Shown: positions 39,031-51,811, numbered from the stretch's first letter. The stretch: DNA of 64,000 nucleotides from Steroidobacteraceae bacterium (GCA_035713045.1 DASTAC010000172.1:17862-81861), one strand, 5' to 3'. The notes: a model not told the origin generated them from the letters alone. Numbers and translations: made by a program.

Positions 39031-40019
39031 CTCCTTTCGCCTACGAGCGCGCTTCAGACCCGCGGTCCGCGGTCGCCCGCGTCGCTGCGCATCCCAACGC
39101 GGCCTTTCTGGGCGGCGGAACGAACCTGGTCGACCACATGCGGCTCGGAGTGGCGCGGCCGGAGCTGCTCGTGGATGTCAGCAGACTGCCGTTCTCGGGC
39201 ATCGAGACATTGCCCGATGGCGGGATTCGTGTAGGCGCGGGCGTGCGCAACAGCGACCTCGCCGCCGATAAGGTGATCCGCCAGCGATATCCCGTCCTGT
39301 CGCAGGCGCTGCTCGCCGGCGCCTCGGGTCAGCTGCGCAACCTCGCGACCACCGGCGGCAACCTGCTGCAGCGCACCCGCTGCCCATACTTTCAGGACGT
39401 CACCACGGCATGCAACAAGCGCAATCCGGGCGCCGGGTGCTCCGCGATGGAAGGGCACAATCGCGATCACGCGATCCTCGGCGGGTCGGAGCATTGTATC
39501 GCCGTCCATCCGTCGGACATGGCGGTTGCGCTGGCGGCGCTGGACGCGACGGTGATCGTTCTCGGGCCGCAAGGCGAGCGGCGGCTGGCGGTCACGGAGC
39601 TCCATCGGTTGCCGGACACGGTGCCGGAACGGGACACGGTGCTGGAGCGTGGAGATCTGATCGTTGCCGTCGAGTTGCCGGCTTTGCCCATGGCGATGAA
39701 TTCCGCCTACTGCAAGGTGCGCGATCGAGCCTCTTTCGCCTTCGCGCTGGTGTCGGTGGCGGCGGCCCTGGAGGTTCGCGAAGGACGGGTCGCCGACGTG
39801 CGCATCGCGTGGGGAGGAGTCGCCACCAAGCCCTGGCGGGCGCTGCGCGCCGAGGCGGCCCTGCGAGACGCCTCGCCGACGGAAGAGAGCTTCGATCGGG
39901 CGGCGCAAGCGGAGCTGGCGGACGCGCGAGCGTTGCGCCACAACGCCTTCAAGATCCCGCTGGCGCGCAATGTCCTGCGCCGGGTGTTGGTCCGGCTGGC
40001 GCAAGGGGTGTCGACATGA
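39027..40019 (+). CDS. xanthine dehydrogenase-family enzyme, FAD-binding (CoxM/PaoB-like) subunit
   Basis: FLGGGTNLVD and TTGGNLLQRTRCPYF motifs. TTG start with AGGAGG 6 nt upstream. TTGA overlap with the small subunit. Confidence 0.8.
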   Translation: MTPFAYERASDPRSAVARVAAHPNAAFLGGGTNLVDHMRLGVARPELLVDVSRLPFSGIETLPDGGIRVGAGVRNSDLAADKVIRQRYPVLSQALLAGASGQLRNLATTGGNLLQRTRCPYFQDVTTACNKRNPGAGCSAMEGHNRDHAILGGSEHCIAVHPSDMAVALAALDATVIVLGPQGERRLAVTELHRLPDTVPERDTVLERGDLIVAVELPALPMAMNSAYCKVRDRASFAFALVSVAAALEVREGRVADVRIAWGGVATKPWRALRAEAALRDASPTEESFDRAAQAELADARALRHNAFKIPLARNVLRRVLVRLAQGVST

Positions 40020-42133
40020 TGGAGGGCGGACAGGCCGCAGAGGGCGCACCGAGCGGCATCCTCGAGCCACGGGCGATGGGCAAATCCCTGCAGCGCATGG
40101 ACGGCATGGCGAAAGTGATGGGTACGGCGCGCTATGCATTCGAGTACGGTCCCGGAAGTCCGGCGTACGTTCATCTCGTGCAGTCCACCGTGGCCCGGGG
40201 CCGGATCAGTCGGATCGACGCCGGCGCCGCGAGGTCGCTGGCGGGTGTGATAGCGCTCATCACGCACGAGACGGCAGGCAGGCTCGCATCCGATGAGAAC
40301 AGGGAGCTGTGGATATTGCAGTCGGACGAGGTACATTTCCGCGGCCAGGTGGTAGCGGCCGTGATCGCTGAGAGTCCGGAGGTGGCGCTGCAGGCGGCCG
40401 ACCTGGTCGAAGTGGAGTACGAGGCGGCGCACCACGATGCCGCCTTGCGCGCGGACCGCGGCGACCTTTACGCGCCGAAGACCGTCAATGCCGGCTATCC
40501 AACGGATACGGCGGAAGGCGACGCGGAAGCGGCGTTCCTGGCCGCCGAGGTCAAGGTTGATTCGACGTACACCACGCCGATGGAGCACAACCATCCCATG
40601 GAGCCGCACACCACGGTGGCCGTGTGGGAGCCGCCGAAGCTCACTCTCTATGACTCCACGCAGAGCGTTCATTCGGTGCGCGCGGCCATGGCCAGGACCT
40701 TGGGCCTGGACATCGGGCAGATCCGGGTCGTCGCGCCCAGCGTGGGCGGCGGCTTCGGCTCGAAAGGCGAGCCGCACGCGCACAACATCGTGGCTGCGGT
40801 CGCTGCAATGCAGGCGCCCGGGCGTCCGGTGAAGCTCGCGTTGACCCGGCAGCAGATGTTTTGCCTCGCGGGATACCGGACGCCGACGATTCAACGCTTT
40901 CGGCTGGGCGCCACGCGGGACGGTCGACTCCTCTCGATCATTCACGATGTCGTGGAGCTGACATCGCGGTTCAAGGAGTTCGCCGAGCAGACCGCGGTCC
41001 CCACCCGATTGATGTACGCATCGCCCAGCCGCCGCACCCGGCATCGCCTTGCCGCGCTCGACCTGCCGAAGCCGTCGTGGATGCGGGCGCCCGGCGAGAC
41101 GCCTGGCATGTTCGCCGGCGAGGTGGCGATGGACGAGCTGGCCGTCGCCTGCGGGCTCGACCCGATCGAGCTGCGCATCCGCAACGAGCCCGGGCGGGAC
41201 CCGGCTTCCGGCAAGCGCTGGGGCAACCGCCATCTGGTCGAGTGTCTGCGCGAAGGCGCGCGCCGCTTCGGTTGGAGCGCGCGGGATCCGAGGCCCGGAC
41301 AACGCGCCGAAGGCAATTGGCTCGTCGGGATCGGAGTAGCGAGCGCGACATATCCGCGTTACGTGTTGGTGGGTTCGCGAGCTGTCATCCGCGTCGAGAG
41401 CGACGGCAGCTATCGCGTACGAATCGGTGCCGCGGACATCGGCACGGGGACATGGACGGCGCTGACCCAGATCGCCGCTGACGCTCTGGAGTGTCCCGTC
41501 GAGTCGGTTCGGCTGGAAATCGGTGATACCGACTTGCCCAGGGCCACCGTGGCCGGCGGCTCATCTGGAATCTCCTCCTGGGGATCGGCCATCGTGGCGG
41601 CAGCCCGGGAGCTGCGGCGGCTGCACGGCCCACGGCCGGGTTCCGGCGCGGAGGTCTCGGCCGAGACGAGAAAGCCCGCGCAGGATGATACTTTCGCGCA
41701 GCATTCCTTCGGGGCGCAGTTTGCCGAGGTGCGGGTCGATCGGGAGACCGGCGAGGTCAGGGTGCCGCGAATGCTCGGGGTGTTCTCCGTCGGGCGCATC
41801 ATCAACCCGCGCCTCGCGCGCTCGCAGCTCATCGGCGGGATGACCATGGGACTGTCGATGGCGCTTCACGAGCAGAGCGTGCTCGATGAGCGCTTCGGTC
41901 ACGTGATCAATCGCGACTTCGCCGGCTATCACATCGCGACAAGCGCCGACGTCATGGATCTGGATGCCGTCTGGCTGGAGGAGGTCGACGAGCGCTCCAC
42001 ACCGATGGGATCACGCGGCATTGGGGAGATCGGCATCGTCGGTGCGGCGGCGGCCATCGCGAATGCCGTCCATCACGCGACCGGCAGACGGGTGCGCGAC
42101 CTGCCCCTCACACCGGAGAAGCTGCTCGTCTGA
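40016..42133 (+). CDS. xanthine dehydrogenase-family enzyme, molybdopterin-binding large subunit
   Basis: DGMAKVMGTARYAFEY..., GGGFGSKG, WMRAPGE and GIGEIGIVG motifs. ATGA overlap with the FAD subunit. Confidence 0.88.
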   Translation: MMEGGQAAEGAPSGILEPRAMGKSLQRMDGMAKVMGTARYAFEYGPGSPAYVHLVQSTVARGRISRIDAGAARSLAGVIALITHETAGRLASDENRELWILQSDEVHFRGQVVAAVIAESPEVALQAADLVEVEYEAAHHDAALRADRGDLYAPKTVNAGYPTDTAEGDAEAAFLAAEVKVDSTYTTPMEHNHPMEPHTTVAVWEPPKLTLYDSTQSVHSVRAAMARTLGLDIGQIRVVAPSVGGGFGSKGEPHAHNIVAAVAAMQAPGRPVKLALTRQQMFCLAGYRTPTIQRFRLGATRDGRLLSIIHDVVELTSRFKEFAEQTAVPTRLMYASPSRRTRHRLAALDLPKPSWMRAPGETPGMFAGEVAMDELAVACGLDPIELRIRNEPGRDPASGKRWGNRHLVECLREGARRFGWSARDPRPGQRAEGNWLVGIGVASATYPRYVLVGSRAVIRVESDGSYRVRIGAADIGTGTWTALTQIAADALECPVESVRLEIGDTDLPRATVAGGSSGISSWGSAIVAAARELRRLHGPRPGSGAEVSAETRKPAQDDTFAQHSFGAQFAEVRVDRETGEVRVPRMLGVFSVGRIINPRLARSQLIGGMTMGLSMALHEQSVLDERFGHVINRDFAGYHIATSADVMDLDAVWLEEVDERSTPMGSRGIGEIGIVGAAAAIANAVHHATGRRVRDLPLTPEKLLV

Positions 42134-42246
42134 CGGCGGCTGGCCGCGAGTGGGGTGGCGCCGCTGTCGCGGCTGAGTGGCGCCGCAGGCGTGCCTCTGA
42201 GGAGCGCGGACTCACCACCAATGCGGCGATCTCCTGCGATCTGGCG

Positions 42247-44691
<2,445 letters not shown>

Positions 44692-45768
44692 TTATACCGG
44701 CCCCACCCTCCCCTGTTCCACGTGAAACACCCTGTCCGGAGCGCCAAAGGCGGCTGTTTCCGCCTGCAGCGACGTGATGACCAACTGACAGCCAAGTGCG
44801 GCGATCTGGCCGACAAAATATCCCAAGTGCGCGGAATCGAGCTCGGCCGCCGGGTCGTCCAATAGCAGGGTCGGAGTGGTGTCCGAAACGGCCTTCAGCA
44901 GCCTCAACTGCGCCAGCGTCAGCGCCACTGCCATGAGCTTCTGCTGGCCGCGTGAGAGGACGTCCCGCGCGAGCTTTCCGTCGACACGGATGAGGACGTC
45001 CGCGCGATGCGGCCCGGCATGGGTCACGCCACGGGCTACGTCGCGATCCCTCGAGCTGTCGAGCGCCTCCGCCAGCGAGTGCTGCGCACCCCAGCCTCTG
45101 AAGTACTGCAGCTCAGCCGGCGGACAATCCAGCGCGGCAGCTACCTCCCGCCAGTGGGGCTGCAGCTGCTCCGCGAGCTGCCTGCGCGCTTCGGAGATTT
45201 TCTCGCCGAGAGTCGCGATTTCCACGTCCCAGGGCTTGGTCGTCCCGCTCCGCGACCGCAACGTCGCATTCCTCTGCCGTATGGCCCGACCATACCGAAC
45301 CCACCAGTCGGCGAATCGAGGTTCCACGTGGAACACTGCCCAGTCGAGCCAGCGTCTCCTTCGCCTGCCGCTCTCCTCGATGAGCTTGTGAATCTCCGGA
45401 TCGATCACCTGTACCGGAAACACGCGCGACAGGTCTGCCAGCGAGCCGACGGCCGCCCCGTCCACCCTCGCGCGGCTTCCCTCCGTGCGGTGCACCTCGA
45501 CCCCAACCGCGTGCACCCAGCCACTCCCCGAAACCGTCGCGCCCTCGGTTCTTCCGAAGACCACCAGCCGGTCTCGTCCATGGCGAACCAGGCGCTCCGA
45601 ATTTCGGGTTCGAAACGACCTGCCCCGCCCCAGAAGGAAAATCGCCTCCAGCAGCGAGGTCTTACCGGACGCGTTGCCTCCCCAAATCAGATTCCGGCCC
45701 GGGTGGAGCGAAAGCTCCGCCTGCTCGATGCAGCGCACGTCGCGAACGGTGAGCTCGCTGAGGATCAT
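44692..45768 (-). CDS. recF: DNA replication and repair protein RecF
   Basis: Walker A GGNASGKTSLLEAI, signature SRGQQKL and Walker B LLLDD. Sits in the dnaA-dnaN-recF-gyrB order. Confidence 0.95.
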   Translation of the reverse strand: MILSELTVRDVRCIEQAELSLHPGRNLIWGGNASGKTSLLEAIFLLGRGRSFRTRNSERLVRHGRDRLVVFGRTEGATVSGSGWVHAVGVEVHRTEGSRARVDGAAVGSLADLSRVFPVQVIDPEIHKLIEESGRRRRRWLDWAVFHVEPRFADWWVRYGRAIRQRNATLRSRSGTTKPWDVEIATLGEKISEARRQLAEQLQPHWREVAAALDCPPAELQYFRGWGAQHSLAEALDSSRDRDVARGVTHAGPHRADVLIRVDGKLARDVLSRGQQKLMAVALTLAQLRLLKAVSDTTPTLLLDDPAAELDSAHLGYFVGQIAALGCQLVITSLQAETAAFGAPDRVFHVEQGRVGPV

Positions 45769-46133
45769 GGGATCGCGAACGAGCGGTCGAAACGCATGAT
45801 CAGCATTCTGACATTCTGGACGGCGGCCCTCACTGCCTTAGCGAGAGCCTGCGGGCGCCCGACGCCGCGCCTCCAGGCTCCTCACGGGGACGATCCTTGG
45901 GAGCGCGCGAGGAAGAGCCCACCGCACCCCATCCGCAGGGCCTCAGGCGCGAAGGGAGCGCTCTGTGTCACGCCGGAAATGGAATGACGGGTAATACGCG
46001 GCGAACCCGGCCGGAAGCCGGTCGCCGGCCCTGCGGACACCGCTTCCGGCGAGCCCCCCCGCGTAGCATCGCGCTGACCTCCGGCGAAACGTCGGGGCGA
46101 TACCGCCAGGGCCCGGCCTGGCCAGGAATAAGC

Positions 46134-47228
46134 CTACAGCCTCATCGGCATGACCACGTATCGGGTCTGAGTCAGCCCCGGTGCGTGAATGAGGCAGCTG
46201 CTGTTGGCGTCCGTGAGCCCGATCTCGACCTTGTCGCCCTCGATCGCGCTCAGCGCATCCAGCAGGTAATTGACGTTGAAGCCGATTTCGACCTCCTCGC
46301 CGGCGTAGACGACCTCCACCTGATCCTCGGCCTCCTCCTGCTCGGGGTTGTGCGCCTGGATCGTGAGAAGGTCCGTCTTCACTCCCAGCCGAATGCCCCG
46401 ATACTTCTCGTTCGAGAGAATCGCCGTCCGCTGCAAAGCCTGCCGCAGGAGCTCCCGATCCGCCTCCACCCGCTTGCTCGGGTGACTCGGGATCACGCGC
46501 CCGTACTCCGGAAAACGGCCATCGATCAGCTTCGAACTGAACCGAATGTCGCCGACCTGGGCTCGAACGTGATTGGTGCCAATCGCCAGCTCGATCTCGC
46601 CCTCGGTGCCCAGGATGCGCTGCAGCTCGAGGACACCCTTGCGCGGCAGGATGACCTGTCCCGCCTTGGCCGGCGACGACAAGGTCATTTCGGACAGTGC
46701 CAACCGGTGCCCATCCGTGGCCACGGCCCGCAACGCGCTCTCCTGCGTCTCCAGCAAAAGGCCGTTGAGGTAATACCGCACGTCCTGCTGCGCCATGGAG
46801 AAGTGCGTCTTGTCGATGAGCCGGCGGAACTCCCCCTGGGACAGGGACAGCGTCTGCGCCGCATTGATCTCCTCGACCACCGGGAATTCCGCCGCCGGCA
46901 GGGTCGAGAGCGTGAAGCGGCTGCGGCCCGCTCGCACGATTACCCGTTCGCCTTCCGTGCTCAGCGTGACGCTCACCCCGTCAGGCAACGCCCGGAAGAT
47001 ATCGAGCAGCTTGCGTCCCGGGACCGTGATGTCCCCCGCCTGCTCGACTCCTACCTTCCTGGCGGCAACGAGCTCGACTTCGAGATCCGTTCCGGTGATC
47101 GCCAGCCGATTGTCGCGTGCCGACAGCAATACGTTCGCGAGCACCGGCATCGTCTGCCGCCGCTCGACCACGCCGATCACGCTTTGCAAGGGAGCGAGAA
47201 GATCCTCGCGCGTCGCCGTCAGCTTCAT
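46134..47228 (-). CDS. dnaN: DNA polymerase III beta sliding clamp
   Basis: MKLTATREDLLAPLQSVIGVVERRQTMPVLANVLL... and ...RYVVMPMRL at the C-terminus. Confidence 0.97.
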   Translation of the reverse strand: MKLTATREDLLAPLQSVIGVVERRQTMPVLANVLLSARDNRLAITGTDLEVELVAARKVGVEQAGDITVPGRKLLDIFRALPDGVSVTLSTEGERVIVRAGRSRFTLSTLPAAEFPVVEEINAAQTLSLSQGEFRRLIDKTHFSMAQQDVRYYLNGLLLETQESALRAVATDGHRLALSEMTLSSPAKAGQVILPRKGVLELQRILGTEGEIELAIGTNHVRAQVGDIRFSSKLIDGRFPEYGRVIPSHPSKRVEADRELLRQALQRTAILSNEKYRGIRLGVKTDLLTIQAHNPEQEEAEDQVEVVYAGEEVEIGFNVNYLLDALSAIEGDKVEIGLTDANSSCLIHAPGLTQTRYVVMPMRL

Positions 47229-47443
47229 ATCTATATTCTTTCTTGAGAATCTTAGAGATCAGATTGTAGTAGTCATAGAGCCTGGGGATATCGGGTATAA
47301 CCCGCTACGCCCCGCAGGATCAACGACTTGGCTCGCCCGCCGAGCCGCAAGCGTTGCGGTACGACCTGCGCGGCAGCTGTGGGCGCCCTGTGCGTAACTT
47401 TATCCCCTCCGACGCTCACAGGAAATCCACAGGCCTTTCCCCA
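47229..47443. other. candidate oriC / DNA-unwinding region in the dnaA-dnaN spacer
   Basis: A sharply AT-rich block at 47229..~47300 sits in an otherwise GC-rich window. There are two GATC sites. DnaA-box-like 9-mers with 7/9 matches to TTATCCACA are TTATCCCCT (47400-47408), AAATCCACA (47423-47431) and TGTGCGTAA (47389-47397, reverse orientation). Confidence 0.45.
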
Positions 47444-48799
47444 TCAACCGGTCAGGGTTCTCAACAGGTTCGAGTAATCCTCGCTCATGCGGACCTCGGC
47501 GTCGCGCAGTTCCTTGATCCGCTTGCACGCATGCAGCACCGTCGTATGGTCGCGGCCGCCGAAGGCATCGCCGATCTCCGGGAGGCTGTGGCTGGTGAGC
47601 TCCTTCGAGAGCGCCATGGCGACCTGGCGCGGCCGCGCCACCGAGCGGCTGCGGCGCTTGGAGAGCAGGTCCGCCATGCGGACCTTGTAGTAGTCCGCCA
47701 CGGTCTTCTGGATGTTCTCGATGGTGACCAGCTTCGCCTGCAGGGACAGCAGGTCCTTCAGCGCCTCGCGGGTGAAGTCCAGCGTGATGGCATGGCCGGT
47801 GAAGCGCGAGTTGGCAATCACGCGCCGCAGCGCGCCTTCGAGCTCGCGGACGTTGGAGCGGATGCGCTTGGCGATGAAGAACGCCACCTCCTCCGGCAGG
47901 GGAACGCCCGCATGCTGCGCCTTCGTCATCAGGATCGCGACGCAGGTCTCGAGCTCCGGCGGCTCGATGGCGACGGTCAGTCCCCACCCGAACCGCGACT
48001 TCAGCCGCTCCTCCAGCCCCGCGACCTCCTTCGGGTAGCGATCGCAGCTCAGGATGACCTGGTGCTGTCCCTCGAGCAGCTCGTTGAAGGTGTGGAAGAA
48101 TTCCTCCTGCGAGCGCTCCTTGCCGGCGAAGAACTGGATGTCATCGATCAGCAGCGCATCGAGCGAGCGGTAGGCGGTCTTGAACTCGTTCATGGTGTTG
48201 TGCTGCAGCGCACGCACCATGTCACCGACGAAGCGCTCCGAATGGACATAGGCAATGCGCGCTTCCCCATCCCGCTCCTTGATGAGGTGCGCGATGGCAT
48301 GCATCAGATGCGTCTTGCCGAGCCCCACACCGCCGTAGAGGAAAAGCGGGTTATACGCGCGCCCCGGATTCTCGGCGACCTGGAGGGAAGCGGCCTTGGC
48401 GAGCTGGTTGCTCTTGCCCTCGACGAAGGTCCCGAAGGTGAAGTCCGCATTGATGCGGGCGCCCACCACGAGGCCTTCGGCGCGGCGCGGACGCTGGGCC
48501 GGCAGGCCTGATCCCGCCGGCGCCGCGGCCGCCACGGAGGCGCGCATCGGAGCACTGCGTGAGCCCACCTCGACCGTGACGATGGGAGCATCGCCCGTGC
48601 TCTCGGCGCGCAGCAGCTCCCCGATGCGCGGCAGCAGATGCTCGTTGATCCACTCCACAGCGAACCGGTTGGGCGCGAGAAGCTTGAGCGCGCCGGCACC
48701 TTCCACCGCTTGAAGAGGCCGCACCCAGGTATTGAACTGCTGCTCCGGGAGCTCGGTCTCCAAAGCACATTTACACCGAGCCCAAAGCGACGCTTCCAC
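47444..48799 (-). CDS. dnaA: chromosomal replication initiator protein DnaA
   Basis: AAA+ Walker [11 protein letters not shown] and the C-terminal DnaA signature ([16 protein letters not shown]). GTG 48797-48799 (VEASLWARC aligns with E. coli MSLSLWQQC) has GGAGG 8 nt upstream. The track ORF starts at TTG 48820. Confidence 0.96.
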   Translation of the reverse strand: MEASLWARCKCALETELPEQQFNTWVRPLQAVEGAGALKLLAPNRFAVEWINEHLLPRIGELLRAESTGDAPIVTVEVGSRSAPMRASVAAAAPAGSGLPAQRPRRAEGLVVGARINADFTFGTFVEGKSNQLAKAASLQVAENPGRAYNPLFLYGGVGLGKTHLMHAIAHLIKERDGEARIAYVHSERFVGDMVRALQHNTMNEFKTAYRSLDALLIDDIQFFAGKERSQEEFFHTFNELLEGQHQVILSCDRYPKEVAGLEERLKSRFGWGLTVAIEPPELETCVAILMTKAQHAGVPLPEEVAFFIAKRIRSNVRELEGALRRVIANSRFTGHAITLDFTREALKDLLSLQAKLVTIENIQKTVADYYKVRMADLLSKRRSRSVARPRQVAMALSKELTSHSLPEIGDAFGGRDHTTVLHACKRIKELRDAEVRMSEDYSNLLRTLTG

Positions 48800-48937
48800 G
48801 CGGCAAGCCTCCGCGACCAATTCGACGGGGAAAGGGCTGCGGAGTCTATACCCTAGAGCGTCAGCGCTGAAGGTGTTGCGCTGCCCGCCTTGCTGCGCTC
48901 GAACTTCCCGGACCGCGTCAATTGAGCCGAATAAATA

Positions 48938-48967
48938 TTGACACCTTGGTACTCAACGGCTTAGCCT
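48938..48967 (+). promoter_or_regulatory. possible sigma-70 promoter of rpmH (TTGACA - 18 nt - TAGCCT) preceded by AATAAATA
   Basis: Perfect -35 hexamer and weak -10 (TAnnnT retained), about 45 nt upstream of the rpmH ATG. Pattern match only. Confidence 0.3.
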
Positions 48968-49012
48968 TGCCGCCCCTTTTTTGGAACCCACGGATCCCCT
49001 GGAGCCCCCGGT

Positions 49013-49147
49013 ATGAAGCGTACCTATCAGCCGAGCAAGCTGCGCCGCAAGCGTACGCATGGGTTCCGGGCGCGGATGGCGACCCAGAACGGCCGCAAAG
49101 TCCTGGCCCGCCGTCGCGCAAAGGGCCGGCGCAAGCTGATCCCTTAA
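49013..49147 (+). CDS. rpmH: 50S ribosomal protein L34
   Basis: Not in the ORF track (44 aa). Translated by hand as [48 protein letters not shown] lies 8 nt upstream. Sits in the canonical position facing dnaA. Confidence 0.95.
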   Translation: MKRTYQPSKLRRKRTHGFRARMATQNGRKVLARRRAKGRRKLIP

Positions 49148-49261
49148 CAGGCTCCGAAGAAGGCTCCGACTTCGAGGTTGCCAATTTCGGCCGTACGCTG
49201 GGCGCACGGGCCGGCGGAGGTCTGCTGAATCGGCTCCACAGCCCGCTTCAGCCAATAGACT

Positions 49262-49630
49262 ATGCACCGGCTCACTTTCCCGGCGCACAAGCGCTTGCGG
49301 CGGAAGTCGGAGTTCGACGCCGCGTACGCGCGCGGCAGGCGCTTTGGCAACGGATTCTTTGCGGTGACGGCTAGCAGCAACGACAAGCAGGGCGCCCGCC
49401 TCGGCATGGCAGTTGCCGTCCGCATGGCGGGCAATGCCGTGGAGCGCAACCGCATCCGCCGCATCGTCCGGGAATCGTTCCGACTGCACCAGCACGTCCT
49501 TCCGTCTGTCGATCTCGTCGTGAGCGCGAGGCCGAAGGCACGCGGAGCACCGGGCACGGAACTGCACGCGAGCCTGGTCGGCCTGTGGAAGAAGGTGATA
49601 GACCGATGCGCTTCCTCGCCATCCTGCTGA
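49262..49630 (+). CDS. rnpA: ribonuclease P protein component
   Basis: [13 protein letters not shown]...[27 protein letters not shown] (RNR motif) and position after rpmH. Confidence 0.9.
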   Translation: MHRLTFPAHKRLRRKSEFDAAYARGRRFGNGFFAVTASSNDKQGARLGMAVAVRMAGNAVERNRIRRIVRESFRLHQHVLPSVDLVVSARPKARGAPGTELHASLVGLWKKVIDRCASSPSC

Positions 49631-49947
49631 TCCGCTGTTACCAGTGGACGATCAGCCCTTTCCTCGGCCCCTGCTGCCGATTCCATCCCTCGTGCTCGCA
49701 GTACACCCTGGAGGCCATCCGCCGATTTGGCCTGCTGCGGGGCGCCTGGCTCGGCATCCGCCGCATTGGGCGCTGCCATCCGTGGCATCCGGGCGGTTTC
49801 GACCCGGTACCCGCCGACGGCGGGTCCGCCACTCATGCGCTGAGCGCAGGGCACACGGGGCTCACCAAGGCGGATCTCGTCCGAGTCGCGGCGCTGGTAC
49901 GCCGGAAGAGCTCTCGGCCCTCAATTTCTGGCCACGTCCATGAATAA
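49606..49947 (+). CDS. yidD: membrane protein insertion efficiency factor YidD (with an unusually long C-terminal tail)
   Basis: [31 protein letters not shown]...[17 protein letters not shown]. Overlaps rnpA (25 nt) and yidC (8 nt). About 44 extra residues follow the conserved core. Confidence 0.85.
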   Translation: MRFLAILLIRCYQWTISPFLGPCCRFHPSCSQYTLEAIRRFGLLRGAWLGIRRIGRCHPWHPGGFDPVPADGGSATHALSAGHTGLTKADLVRVAALVRRKSSRPSISGHVHE

Positions 49948-51667
49948 CAATCTGCGCTTCTACCTCTGGCTCGCGCTCGCCGGCATCCTGTGGCTCAACT
50001 ACCACACCTGGCAGACCCAGTTTCCACCCAGCGCTGCACCCCCCGCGGCCGCCGCGGGCCAGGCCGCCCCTGGGCAGCCCGGCTCCCTGGCGAACAGCAT
50101 CCCCCAGACGCAGCAGCCTGCTGCCGCGAGCACCGCTCCGGCCACTGCGACTCCAGCGGTGCCGCCTCCTGCTCCTGCTCCCGCTGCTGCTACCGCAGGC
50201 ATCCCCGCGGTGAAGCCTGCGGCAGCCGCAGCCGCACCGCTCATCCACGTGCGTACCGATGTCTACGACATTGAGATCAGCACCCGGGGCGGCACGCTGG
50301 AGCAGGTGCGCCTGCTCAAATATGCGCAGGTCAAAGACAAGGCGCCCCGGGTCGAGCTCGAGAACGACGCCAGTCCGCAGACCGTATACCTATTGCAGAC
50401 TGGTCTCACGGGACCGGGAGGCGCTGCCTACCCCAACCACACCGCGACCTTCACTGCACCGCAGCAGAGCTACCGGATGGACGGCGCACGACAGCTGCGC
50501 GTGCCGCTCACCTGGAGCAGTGGCGGCGTCACGGTGACGAAAACGTTCGTCTTTACGAAGGGCTCCTACGGCATCAGCCTCGACTACTCCATCCAGAATC
50601 ACAGCACATCGGCGTGGCACGCGGCGCCCTACGCGCAGCTCTACCGCGACGATCCCCGTACCGGAAGAAGCTACTTCCACCCCAACACGTACGCGTATCA
50701 CGGTCCTGCCATCTGGAACGGCAAGAAGTACGTGGTACTCGATCCTTCCAAGTCCGAGTACCAGCACTACTCGAAGCGGGTGACCGACGGCTGGATTGCC
50801 GCCACCCAGGATGATTTCGTGAGCGCCGTCGTTCCGCCCAAGGGAGCGCCGTACCAGTTCACTTCCGAGGTTTCGGGGTCCTATTACCTCCTGACGGCCC
50901 TGGGGCCCCAGCAGACGGTCGCCCCGGGCGCCACGGCAACGATACGCCAGACGCTCTTCGTCGGACCGATGCTGCATGCGCAGCTCGCGAAGATCGAGCC
51001 GAGCCTCACGTACGTCGTCGGCTACGGCATGCTGACCATTCTCGCCGGGCCGCTCTTCTGGCTCCTGAGCAAGGTTCACGCGATCACCGGCAACTGGGGG
51101 GTCGCGATCATCGTGGTCACGTTCCTCCTGAAGCTCGTGCTCTATCCGCTGTCGGAGGCGAGCGGCCGCTCGATGGCCAAAATGAAGGCGCTGGGCCCCC
51201 GGATCAAGAACATCCAGGAGACCTACAAGGACGACAAGGAGAAGCTCGGCCGCGCCATGATGGAGGTCTACAAGCGCGAGAAGGTGAACCCCGTCTCCGG
51301 CTGCCTGCCGATGATCGTGCAGATCCCGGTGTTCCTCGCCTTCTACTGGGTGCTCCTCTACAGCGCCGAGATGCGCCAGGCGCCGTTCGTGCTCTGGATC
51401 CACGACCTCTCGGCGCGCGATCCCTATTTCATCCTGCCGGCCATCATGGCAGTGGCCATGTTCGTGCAGTACAAGCTCAACCCGACCTCGCCGGACCCCA
51501 CCCAGGCCAAGGTCATGATGATCATGCCGATCGTCATGTCGGCCATGTTCGCGTTCTTCCCCGCAGGCCTCGTGCTGTACTACGTCACGAATACCATTCT
51601 CGGGGTCGCCCAGCAGTGGAACATCAATCGCCGGCTGGGGGTCACTACGACCGCCCAGAAGGCGTAA
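49940..51667 (+). CDS. yidC: membrane protein insertase YidC
   Basis: N-terminal TM, large periplasmic domain with a Pro/Ala-rich linker and a conserved C-terminal 5-TM core ([20 protein letters not shown]..., [19 protein letters not shown]). Confidence 0.96.
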   Translation: MNNNLRFYLWLALAGILWLNYHTWQTQFPPSAAPPAAAAGQAAPGQPGSLANSIPQTQQPAAASTAPATATPAVPPPAPAPAAATAGIPAVKPAAAAAAPLIHVRTDVYDIEISTRGGTLEQVRLLKYAQVKDKAPRVELENDASPQTVYLLQTGLTGPGGAAYPNHTATFTAPQQSYRMDGARQLRVPLTWSSGGVTVTKTFVFTKGSYGISLDYSIQNHSTSAWHAAPYAQLYRDDPRTGRSYFHPNTYAYHGPAIWNGKKYVVLDPSKSEYQHYSKRVTDGWIAATQDDFVSAVVPPKGAPYQFTSEVSGSYYLLTALGPQQTVAPGATATIRQTLFVGPMLHAQLAKIEPSLTYVVGYGMLTILAGPLFWLLSKVHAITGNWGVAIIVVTFLLKLVLYPLSEASGRSMAKMKALGPRIKNIQETYKDDKEKLGRAMMEVYKREKVNPVSGCLPMIVQIPVFLAFYWVLLYSAEMRQAPFVLWIHDLSARDPYFILPAIMAVAMFVQYKLNPTSPDPTQAKVMMIMPIVMSAMFAFFPAGLVLYYVTNTILGVAQQWNINRRLGVTTTAQKA

Positions 51668-51811
51668 GGGCGCGCCGGGCGCAAACCAGCGCTTCAACTC
51701 GTGACGCGGCTGCTCCATCAGCGGAACGGTTGAGCGGCTGGCGATGGAGTTGTCGACGGGCGGTCAGCCCAGCTCTTCAACCTGCGCCAGCACGGCGGTA
51801 GCCTCACCGGT

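Noticed and set aside
48800-49012. rpmH-dnaA spacer as the origin (the Pseudomonas-type location)
   Set aside because: It is only 213 bp. I found no 9-mer with 7/9 or better match to TTATCCACA and no extended AT-rich block, only a short AATAAATATTGACA promoter-like patch. The dnaA-dnaN spacer is the better candidate. This cannot be fully excluded without a skew or box-matrix analysis.
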